From Chloroflexota bacterium (GTDB taxonomy: Bacteria > Chloroflexota > Dehalococcoidia > UBA2979): a DNA stretch of 64,000 nucleotides. Position numbers and translations under genes: made by a program. Below the pieces are notes generated by a model. That model was not told the origin of the DNA and did no database searches. It saw only the letters and a list, made by a program, of their open reading frames with translations. Positions 56,358-63,374 of this stretch are shown piece by piece; position 1 is the first letter of the stretch, and every line of letters starts with the position of its first letter. The stretch spans positions 21,957-85,956 of the forward strand of contig CANKAU010000001.1 of NCBI GenBank assembly GCA_947479915.1, read 5' to 3'.

Positions 56358-58066
56358 GTGACGCCGCGAAGTCCGCACCGCCGCAGCAGATCGTCCTCGT
56401 CGGGCTTTCCGGCGTGGGCAAGACGACCATCGGACAGGCGCTCGCGGAGCGCCTCGGCTGGCCGTTTCTCGACACCGACGACCTCGTCCTGAAGCGCGAG
56501 GGGCGTACTGCCGCTGCGCTGATCATCGAGCGCGGCGAGCCGGAGTTCCGGCGCGTCGAGGAGATGATCGTCGCCGAGGCGGCGAAGCAGACCCCGGCGG
56601 TCATTGCGACCGGCGGCGGCGTGATCCTCTCCCCGGGCAACCGCCGCGCGCTTGGTGAGCGCGGATTCATCGTGTACCTCGACGCCACGCCGAGCGAGAT
56701 CGCGCGCCGCCTGCCGAAGGACGGTCAGCCCGTGCGCCCGCTGGTGGACGGTGACCTTGAACGACGCCTGCGCGACCTCGATGGCGACCGTCGCCAGTAC
56801 TACAACCACGCCGACCTCTGGGTGCCGGTGATGGGCAGCGCCGCCGACCTCGACCAGACGCGCGATCGCGCCGTGGCGCGCATCCTGGGCGCGTGGGCGA
56901 CGGACGCGGCCGAGCTGATGGCGAAGCCGCGCCGCCTCGAACGCCTCGGCAGCGCCGAGCCCGCCCGCGGTCCAGCCGCGCTCGTGGACACCGGCGTCGA
57001 GCGCTACCCGATCTGGGTCGCCCCCGGGGAGCTGCGACGCCTGCCCGACCGCCTGCAGCAGATCGGCCTCGGCGGGCGCCGCGTGTTCCTGGTCTCCGAC
57101 ACCAACGTCATGGAGGCCCACGGCCGTACCGTCGCCGAGGTCCTCGACACGGCGGGCATCGCCGGCGCGTCCTACGTCATCCCCGCGGGCGAGGCGTCGA
57201 AGACGCAGCGCATGGCGGCGGAGCTGTACCGCTGGCTCGCTGCCGAGCGCGCCGAGCGCCGTGACGTGATCCTGGCGCTGGGCGGCGGCGTGGTCGGCGA
57301 CCTCGCGGGCTATGTCGCTGCGACCTACCTCCGAGGCATGCCGTTCGTGCAGCTGCCCACGTCCGTCCTCGCGATGAACGACGCCGCGATCGGCGGCAAG
57401 GTCGCCGTCGATCTGCCCGAGGGCAAGAACCTCGTCGGTGCGTTCCACCAGCCGGCGGCCGTGCTGTCGGACGTGAGCGTCCTGGGCACGCTCCCGCGTC
57501 GCATGCACATCGAGGGCTTCGCCGAGGTCATCAAGCACGCGTTCATCCTCGACCCCGGCCTCCTCGACACGCTCGAGGCGAACGCGCGCAGTCTTGCGTC
57601 AGGCACCGCGGACCCGGAGCTGATGGCGCATGTGATCGGGCGCTCGTCGCACCTCAAAGGCCTGATCGTCTCCAGCGACCCGCAGGAGCGCGGCATCCGT
57701 GCGATCCTCAACTACGGCCACACGATTGGCCACGCGATCGAGCAGTCGACCGGGTACACCGAGTACATGCACGGCGAGGCCGTCGCCATCGGCATGATGG
57801 GGGCGGGTCGTATCGCCGTTGAGCTCGGGCTCCTCGATGCCGCCGTCGTCGACCGACAGTCCGATCTGCTGCGCTCGTTTGGCCTGCCGCTGGTGGCGCC
57901 GGGCATGAACGTTCGCGCCGTCCTCGAAGCGATGATGCGCGACAAGAAGGTCGAGCAGGGCAAGCTGCGCTTCGTGCTGCTCGAGGATGTCGGCCGCGCG
58001 ATCGTGCGTGGCGACGTGCCCGAGGATCTCGTCTCGCGCACCGTGCAACAGCTCGCGCGCGGCTAG
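56354..58066 (+). CDS. aroKB: Bifunctional shikimate kinase / 3-dehydroquinate synthase (AroK-AroB fusion)
   Basis: 570 aa. N-terminal AroK (VLVGLSGVGKTTIGQALA...FLDTDD, ATGGGV). C-terminal AroB (ALGGGVVGDLAGYVAA, LPTSVLAMNDAAIGGK, NYGHTIGHAIE...HGEAVAIGM). Confidence 0.9.
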   Translation: MSDAAKSAPPQQIVLVGLSGVGKTTIGQALAERLGWPFLDTDDLVLKREGRTAAALIIERGEPEFRRVEEMIVAEAAKQTPAVIATGGGVILSPGNRRALGERGFIVYLDATPSEIARRLPKDGQPVRPLVDGDLERRLRDLDGDRRQYYNHADLWVPVMGSAADLDQTRDRAVARILGAWATDAAELMAKPRRLERLGSAEPARGPAALVDTGVERYPIWVAPGELRRLPDRLQQIGLGGRRVFLVSDTNVMEAHGRTVAEVLDTAGIAGASYVIPAGEASKTQRMAAELYRWLAAERAERRDVILALGGGVVGDLAGYVAATYLRGMPFVQLPTSVLAMNDAAIGGKVAVDLPEGKNLVGAFHQPAAVLSDVSVLGTLPRRMHIEGFAEVIKHAFILDPGLLDTLEANARSLASGTADPELMAHVIGRSSHLKGLIVSSDPQERGIRAILNYGHTIGHAIEQSTGYTEYMHGEAVAIGMMGAGRIAVELGLLDAAVVDRQSDLLRSFGLPLVAPGMNVRAVLEAMMRDKKVEQGKLRFVLLEDVGRAIVRGDVPEDLVSRTVQQLARG

Positions 58067-58078
58067 CGAGGAACCTCG

Positions 58079-58366
58079 ATGCCCCCGTCACGCCGTCGAC
58101 AGGTCGTCGCGCTCGCGAAGGGCCGCGTGCAGGGCGTGGGCTATCGCGCGTTCTGCGCGCACGAGGCCACACGCATGGGCATCACCGGCTACGCGAAGAA
58201 CCTGCCCGACGGTCGCGTCGAGGTGGTCGCCGAGGGCGACGAGTCCACGCTGCGCCAGTTCGTCGAGCGCCTCCGGGAGGGCCCGTCGACTGGTCGCGTG
58301 ACCGACGTCGCCTTCCGCTGGGAGACGCCAACGGATGCTTTCCAAGGCTTCGAGGCTGTGATCTAG
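58079..58366 (+). CDS. acyP: Acylphosphatase
   Basis: 95 aa. GRVQGVGYRAF...GYAKNLPDGRVEVVAEG. Confidence 0.85.
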   Translation: MPPSRRRQVVALAKGRVQGVGYRAFCAHEATRMGITGYAKNLPDGRVEVVAEGDESTLRQFVERLREGPSTGRVTDVAFRWETPTDAFQGFEAVI

Positions 58367-58376
58367 CGGGCTAGAT

Positions 58377-58393
58377 GCGCGGGATACCCGCGC
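58377..58393. terminator. Short GC hairpin between convergent acyP and mobB
   Basis: gcgcggg-ata-cccgcgc, a 7-bp stem read directly. A weak candidate. Confidence 0.3.
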
Positions 58394-58424
58394 TGCCTGT
58401 GCCAGACCTAGGGGCTTGGACGGC

Positions 58425-58946
58425 TTAGCGACCGAACAGCCGCCCCCACCATCCTCGTCGCGGCTCCACCACCGGCGTCAGCGCGGCCGGAGCGGGTGTG
58501 CGCTCGATCCCCAGCACGGCTCGCTCCACGAGGTCCACGAGGCCGCTCGTTTCCCCGGGGCCGAGGCGCGCGAACGTCGACTCGATGTCCTCGGACGCGA
58601 CGGTGGCGAAGACGTCCGTTCGAGGTGCCTCGCCGCGCGGCGCCAGGGCGATCGCGGGGTAGGCGGCGTCCTCGGGGGCGTCGAAGTCTTCGGCGAGGAT
58701 GATGCCGACGCTCGGGTCGATCGAGGGGATCACGGACTGCAGGCGCGCGAGCGACGGGGCGCCCTCGACGCCGGGGGGAAGCGTGACGCGGCCGCCGTTC
58801 GAGAGCACCGCGACGGTGGCGTCGCCGCGTCGAGGTGCCACGGTGGCGACGCGATGCCCGCGCGAGCGGAGCGCCTCGCCGAGCGAGACGATGAGCAGCG
58901 TCTTCCCCGATCCGGGCGCGCCGACGATGCGCAGCACCGGCACCAT
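58425..58946 (-). CDS. mobB: Molybdopterin-guanine dinucleotide biosynthesis adaptor protein MobB
   Basis: 173 aa from ATG 58946. MVPVLRIVGAPGSGKTLLIVSL (P-loop). It lies 8 nt downstream of the moeA stop. Confidence 0.8.
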   Translation of the reverse strand: MVPVLRIVGAPGSGKTLLIVSLGEALRSRGHRVATVAPRRGDATVAVLSNGGRVTLPPGVEGAPSLARLQSVIPSIDPSVGIILAEDFDAPEDAAYPAIALAPRGEAPRTDVFATVASEDIESTFARLGPGETSGLVDLVERAVLGIERTPAPAALTPVVEPRRGWWGRLFGR

Positions 58947-58954
58947 CGAGGGCG

Positions 58955-60346
58955 CTACGACTGGCCGGGCTGGCGTGGCGGCGACTCGCGGTCGACCAGG
59001 AGCACCTCGCACGTCTCGCCGGGGGCGATGACGTCCTGATCCTCGGGGCAGATCGCGTAGGCGTTCGCGAGGGACATGCTGGTCAGCACGCCAGAGCCCT
59101 GCGGGCCGGTGAGTCGCACCGTCCAGCGGCCCTCGGCGTCCTGCGCGGCGTGGCAGCGCGCGTAGAAGCGGCGGCCGTCCGTGTTGCGGATCGGGTCGAG
59201 GGCGACCGCCTGCACGGTGGGGCGTCGCCACGCCTCGGCGTCGTGTTCGAGGCGGCCGAGCATCTTGTAGATCGCGGCGCGGCCGAACAGCTCGAACGTC
59301 ATCATCGCGCTCACGGGGTTGCCCGGCAGGCCGAGGTGCGGGACGCGCCGACCGTTCGGGGCGTTGAAGCGACCGAAGGCGAGCGGCTTGCCCGGCTTCA
59401 TGAGCACCGTCCAGAAGCCGACTTCGCCCTCTGCGGCGAGCACCGTCTTCACGACGTCGAAGTCGCCGCGCGAGACGCCCGCGCTGGTGACCAGCAGGTC
59501 CGCGTCCGCGAGTCCCTCGTGGATGCGCGCGGTCAGCGCCTCGACGGTGTCGAGTGCGACGTCGAGGATGCGCGGGACGCCGCCGAAGGCGCGCACCTGC
59601 GCGGCCAGCGAGAAGGCGTTGGCGTCGTAGATCTTGCCGGGCACCAGCGGCTGGCCGGGGCGCAGCAGCTCGTCGCCCGTGGACAGCACGGCGACGATCG
59701 GACGGCGGTGCGCCATCACGCGGTCGACGCCGATCGAGGCGAGCACGCCGATCTGCGCCGGGCCGATCACCGTGCCCGCGCGCAGCACTACCTCGCCCGC
59801 GCGGACGTCCTCGCCCGCCGCGCGCACGTTCGCGCCGACCGAGGCCTGCACGTCGATGCGCACGAGGTCACGCGGGGCGTTCTGCCAGTCGCCCTGCTGG
59901 TACTTGGCGTCGGCCTTCGTCCAGTCGTACTCGTCGGTCTCCTCGAACGGGACGACGGCGTCCGTGCCGGGGGGCATGGGCGCGCCGGTCATGATGCGCA
60001 CGGTCTCGCCGGGCGCGACCTCGCGGTCGAAGACGGCGCCCGCGGGGAGGTAGCCGATGACCTTCAGTTCGAGGGGGGAGTCGTAGGTGGCGCCGGTTGT
60101 GTCGCTGGCATGCAGCGCGTAGCCGTCCATGCCGGTGTTCGCGAGCGGCGGGATGTTGAACGTGGCGCTCACGTCCTGCGCCAGCACGAGGCCCTGCGCG
60201 TCGCCCAGCAGCGTCTCCACCGCCGGCAGCACGGAGAACACCTCGAGGATCCGCGCGCGGGCTTCCTCGACGGAGATCATGTTGTCGGGCAGGATGCTGC
60301 GCGTGCCGGTCTTCGTGGCGGAGTAGGTGTGCTCTTCGTTCGTCAT
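58955..60346 (-). CDS. moeA: Molybdopterin molybdenumtransferase
   Basis: 463 aa from ATG 60346. PPLANTGMDGYAL, STGDEL and SAGVSRGDFD. Confidence 0.9.
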   Translation of the reverse strand: MTNEEHTYSATKTGTRSILPDNMISVEEARARILEVFSVLPAVETLLGDAQGLVLAQDVSATFNIPPLANTGMDGYALHASDTTGATYDSPLELKVIGYLPAGAVFDREVAPGETVRIMTGAPMPPGTDAVVPFEETDEYDWTKADAKYQQGDWQNAPRDLVRIDVQASVGANVRAAGEDVRAGEVVLRAGTVIGPAQIGVLASIGVDRVMAHRRPIVAVLSTGDELLRPGQPLVPGKIYDANAFSLAAQVRAFGGVPRILDVALDTVEALTARIHEGLADADLLVTSAGVSRGDFDVVKTVLAAEGEVGFWTVLMKPGKPLAFGRFNAPNGRRVPHLGLPGNPVSAMMTFELFGRAAIYKMLGRLEHDAEAWRRPTVQAVALDPIRNTDGRRFYARCHAAQDAEGRWTVRLTGPQGSGVLTSMSLANAYAICPEDQDVIAPGETCEVLLVDRESPPRQPGQS

Positions 60347-60353
60347 GCGCGTG

Positions 60354-60359
60354 ATCTTA
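60354..60359 (-). promoter_or_regulatory. -10 box TAAGAT 7 nt upstream of the moeA ATG (possible leaderless transcript)
   Basis: Minus-strand reading: cggTAAGATcacgcgcATG. No SD. Confidence 0.35.
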
Positions 60360-60440
60360 CCGCGCGCCGCGCCGGAGTCGCCTGCGCGTGCAGGACGGTG
60401 ACGCCGAGGACGGTCAAGGCGTTTGCGGGGGCGGCCCACC

Positions 60441-60465
60441 CCTGCCCCTCCCGGCGCGGGAGGGG
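60441..60465 (-). repeat. Second copy of the GC-rich hairpin motif seen at 8854-8878
   Basis: The reverse complement reads cccctcccgcgccgggaggggcagg, 24/25 identical to 8854-8878. Hairpin cccctccc-gcgcc-gggagggg. Confidence 0.6.
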
Positions 60466-60536
60466 ATGAGAAGCGAGGGCTTCGCCCTCGCGCTCCCCCG
60501 GGACAGCGCGGCGCCCTGCGCGCGCCTGGGGAAGAT

Positions 60537-60628
60537 CCTCACCCTGCCCTCTCCCCAAGCGGGGAGAGGGTTCTGAATCGCGTTCCGGTGCCCTCTCCCG
60601 GTTTTGGGAGAGGGCAGGGGTGAGGGCC
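60537..60628. repeat. Nested palindromic REP/MITE-like element (two hairpins bracketed by ~19-nt inverted repeats)
   Basis: Outer inverted repeat: cctcaccctgccctctcc (60537-60554) versus ggagagggcaggggtgagg (60608-60626). Inner hairpins: ccctctcccc-aagc-ggggagaggg (60547-60570) and tgccctctccc-ggtttt-gggagagggca (60589-60616). Confidence 0.65.
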
Positions 60629-60642
60629 TCTGCGTCGCGTTC

Positions 60643-60891
60643 CTACGCCAGGTTCACCGACAGGCACGTCGTCGTGCGCTGCACGCCCTCGACCGTCGCC
60701 ACCTCGCTGGTGATCGCCTTGCCGAGGTGGTCGAGGTCTTCCGCTTCGAGCTGGACGATGACGTCGTAGGGGCCCGTGACGGTGTCCACGGCGGTGATCT
60801 TGCCGAAGGCGGACTTGATGTGGCGCACCGCGTCGCCGACCATCTTCGTCGCGCCGACCTCGGTCTCGATCAGTACGTAGCCTCGAATCAT
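60643..60891 (-). CDS. Stand-alone Lrp/AsnC-type ligand-binding (RAM) domain protein, no HTH
   Basis: 82 aa from ATG 60891 with AGGAGG SD 7 nt upstream. MIRGYVLIETEVGATKMVGDAVRHI...VDTVTGPYDVIVQLEAEDLDHL. Confidence 0.75.
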   Translation of the reverse strand: MIRGYVLIETEVGATKMVGDAVRHIKSAFGKITAVDTVTGPYDVIVQLEAEDLDHLGKAITSEVATVEGVQRTTTCLSVNLA

Positions 60892-61066
60892 CGCCCTGCC
60901 TCCTTCGATGCGTCCCGCCCTGTCGAGGCGGATCGTATCCCCGGCGGGCGCCGCCGCACCGGGACGTTCGGCCCGGATCCTGTGGGAGAATGGCCCGCCA
61001 GCCAGTACGCACGACCGCCGATGCGCGTGACCCCGGGACGGCCCCGGTGCGCGGACGGGAGCGCCC

Positions 61067-61942
61067 GTGGACAGCCTGCTCGCCGCGTGGGAGCCCGCCG
61101 CCGACCCGGCGCCGGGCCAGCGCACGTTCGAGGTGGTGCGGGACGCGCTGCTCGCCTCGCCGGCGCTGTCCGCGCGCAACGTCCGCGTCTACCTGCACGG
61201 CGCCCACGCCGGTGACACCGTGACCCGCGCCGATGAGCCCGTGGACGTGGTCATCGAGAGCGGGACGTCCTACCTCGCCGGGTTCACGCCGCACGTCAGC
61301 GACCTCGCCCGACAGAGCATCGAGGGCTCGCTGGGCGCGGGCTCGTGGGACTACTGGGAGTACCGCGGCGAGGTGCAGTCGGCGCTGCGCGAGGCGTTCC
61401 CCGGCGCGGTGCGCGACGGCGAGCACGCGCTGCGCGTGATGCACACCTCGCTGTCGGTGTCGCATCCCACCCCGCCCGCGCAGGTGATCGTGGCGCTGCC
61501 GTACCGGCACTACAGCGGGCTGGGCGGCTGGACCGCCGGCATCACCTACTTCACGCGCAGCTTCGACCAGGTGGTGCAGTACCCGCGGCTGCATCGCGAC
61601 AACGGCGCGCTGAAGGACCGCGAGACGGAGGGCCGCTACAAGGCGACGGTGCGCATGGCGAAGCAGATGCGCGACTACCTGCAGGACGTGCTCGCGCTGG
61701 AGCGCGGCCGCGTGCCGTCGTACTTCCTCGAATGCCTGCTGTGGAACGTCCCGGCGAGGAAGTACGCGGATCCGGATCCCGGCCCCCGCATGCACGAGGT
61801 GGTGGGCTACCTGGAGGGCGCGTACCTCCCGGCCTTCGAGCAGCAGCACATGATCGAAGCGCTCTTCGGCGGCTCCGCCTCCCAGTGGACCACCTCGGAC
61901 GCCCGCCTGTTCATCGACGCGGCGTCGCGGTGGTTGGGGTAG
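61067..61942 (+). CDS. Nucleotidyltransferase-fold protein resembling SMODS/CD-NTase-like enzymes, catalytic motif apparently degenerate
   Basis: 291 aa. GTG start with GGGAG 5 nt upstream. VYLHGAHAGDTVTRADEPVDVVIE sits in the position of the hG[GS]...DxD motif. The later blocks YPRLHRDNGALKDRETEGRYKATVRMAKQMRD and PSYFLECLLWNVP are typical of this family. Confidence 0.6.
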   Translation: MDSLLAAWEPAADPAPGQRTFEVVRDALLASPALSARNVRVYLHGAHAGDTVTRADEPVDVVIESGTSYLAGFTPHVSDLARQSIEGSLGAGSWDYWEYRGEVQSALREAFPGAVRDGEHALRVMHTSLSVSHPTPPAQVIVALPYRHYSGLGGWTAGITYFTRSFDQVVQYPRLHRDNGALKDRETEGRYKATVRMAKQMRDYLQDVLALERGRVPSYFLECLLWNVPARKYADPDPGPRMHEVVGYLEGAYLPAFEQQHMIEALFGGSASQWTTSDARLFIDAASRWLG

Positions 61943-61945
61943 GGG

Positions 61946-62119
61946 CTACCGACCGCGCTGGCGGTACAAGAAGGCAGACAGCGAGAGAATCCCCCCAACA
62001 CCCGGAAGGGCGACGACACCGAGGTAGCCGCAGCCGATCAAAATGACGACCACGACGGCGGTGCCCGACAGCAAGTCGGGCATCACGGTCTCGCTCGTCG
62101 CCTTCCAGGTAGGAAGCAT
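61946..62119 (-). CDS. Possible small hydrophobic (2-TM hairpin) protein downstream of the TIR-like gene
   Basis: 57 aa from ATG 62119, 8 nt after the upstream stop: MLPTWKATSETVMPDLLSGTAVVVVILIGCGYLGVVALPGVGGILSLSAFLYRQRGR. No clear SD. Coding status is uncertain. Confidence 0.3.
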   Translation of the reverse strand: MLPTWKATSETVMPDLLSGTAVVVVILIGCGYLGVVALPGVGGILSLSAFLYRQRGR

Positions 62120-62126
62120 CAGGTCG

Positions 62127-63257
62127 TTAGTCCGCCGCCGAGACCATGCGGATCGCACCGAGTTGGATCAGTTCACGGAGCAGTTGCATCGCCGTCGCAT
62201 CAAGGTGGTCGCGATCGAACTCGATCCAACCGAGGTCGCTAAAGTCGCTCGGGAAGCTCACGCCTCGTTCCTTGAAGATCACAACCTTGCGCCCATAGAG
62301 CAGAGAAGCCGCCCCCAGTTCGTAGATCACATTCTGGCTGGGGCGGTACACGGTCTGCCCGCTCTCGTCCTTGAACTCTTCGTCAGCGGTGAAGATGAAG
62401 ATGCCGGCCGAGCAGGCCTGCATCACATCGGCCACCTTCTGTGAAATCGGACGGCCCGCGTTCGGTTCTTGCACGGCAACGATGAACGGAACGCGCCACT
62501 CGTTGAGGATCTTCTGCAACTGGTCGAGAGGCTCGTGCCGCTTCCCGTGCGCCACGAACATCTGCACCGGCGGGGCGCTGGTGCGCTTCGGGCTCGGAGT
62601 TGCGTCAGCATCCGGACGCCTCTCCACGCCTCCCCCTGCAAACAGCGATGCAAGATCGACCGGTACGGCTTCCTCGGTGGTTCCCTCGCCTCCCTGCTCA
62701 GCGGGTTCTTCCGCCGGCTGGGTCGCCCCCCCGGTCGTGATGATGTAGTTCGACCCACGGATCTCCTGGAGGTACCCGACGTCCCTCGCGGTGGACGTGA
62801 AGAGGGTCGCGACCTCTGCGGACCACGACGGGTCGATGTTGAAGGGCGCGCGCTCGATCGTGTTCTTGAGGAACTGCGGCTCGGGAAGCTTGCTGTTCGC
62901 GAAGTGGTTCAGCAACTGCTCGAAGATCGGTACGTTCCGCATCGAGCGCCGGCGCGCCTCGATCGCCTCCACCTCGTTTCGGGGGGCCGTCAGCGACCGA
63001 CCGAGTTCCGTGAGGGAAATCTCCTCGGAGTTGTAGTTCCCCTCGGTGAGACCGTAGCGGTACGAGGACATGATGCTGTCGCGGAAACCGCTGCTGTTCG
63101 GACTCCAACCCGTCGCGTTCGCGAGCAACAGGCGATTCATGGGCCGTCCAGCGTTGGTGTCGCGAATCGCCTGAGCGATCGTGGAAGCCTCTGCCAGGGT
63201 CTTCGGGGGATGCGGGCGTGCCGGCCCGCGCGCCGGCCTCGAAGGTTCGTTGGTCAC
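62127..63257 (-). CDS. TIR-like (CAP12/PycTIR-type, COG4271-like) domain protein with an unassigned twin wHTH-like N-terminal region
   Basis: GTG 63257 is preferred (AAGGAG at 63266-63271, 8-nt spacer). The track start at 63266 overlaps the SD. C-terminal blocks are MFVAHGKRHE, AGIFIFTADEE, SQNVIYELGAASLLYGRKVVIF and FPSDFSDLGWIEFD. GC is about 10 points below the flanks. Confidence 0.75.
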   Translation of the reverse strand: MTNEPSRPARGPARPHPPKTLAEASTIAQAIRDTNAGRPMNRLLLANATGWSPNSSGFRDSIMSSYRYGLTEGNYNSEEISLTELGRSLTAPRNEVEAIEARRRSMRNVPIFEQLLNHFANSKLPEPQFLKNTIERAPFNIDPSWSAEVATLFTSTARDVGYLQEIRGSNYIITTGGATQPAEEPAEQGGEGTTEEAVPVDLASLFAGGGVERRPDADATPSPKRTSAPPVQMFVAHGKRHEPLDQLQKILNEWRVPFIVAVQEPNAGRPISQKVADVMQACSAGIFIFTADEEFKDESGQTVYRPSQNVIYELGAASLLYGRKVVIFKERGVSFPSDFSDLGWIEFDRDHLDATAMQLLRELIQLGAIRMVSAAD

Positions 63258-63368
63258 TGAATACACTCCTTACATCTGACTGTACGTATCCCTCTACAGA
63301 CCGTAGCGAGTCAAATCACGTGATGTTCGGAACCGAATGACCTTCTGACCTCTAACCCCATCTCCCGC

Positions 63369-63374
63369 TAAACT
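63369..63374 (+). promoter_or_regulatory. -10 box TAAACT 6 nt upstream of the pheS ATG (possible leaderless transcript), with cTGACC about 18 nt upstream
   Basis: ttCTGACCtctaaccccatctcccgcTAAACTccccgcATG. No SD. Confidence 0.4.

Noticed and set aside
60388-60623. Track ORFs of 62 and 66 aa in the moeA/asnC-like spacer
   Set aside because: They are translations of the palindromic repeat (Pro/Gly/Arg/Glu-rich) and overlap each other in different frames.
60347-60642. Moco riboswitch upstream of moeA
   Set aside because: The spacer is long enough, but I could not find the conserved Moco-motif elements. It is better explained by REP-like palindromes and a -10 box abutting the ATG. A cmsearch with Rfam RF01055 would settle it.
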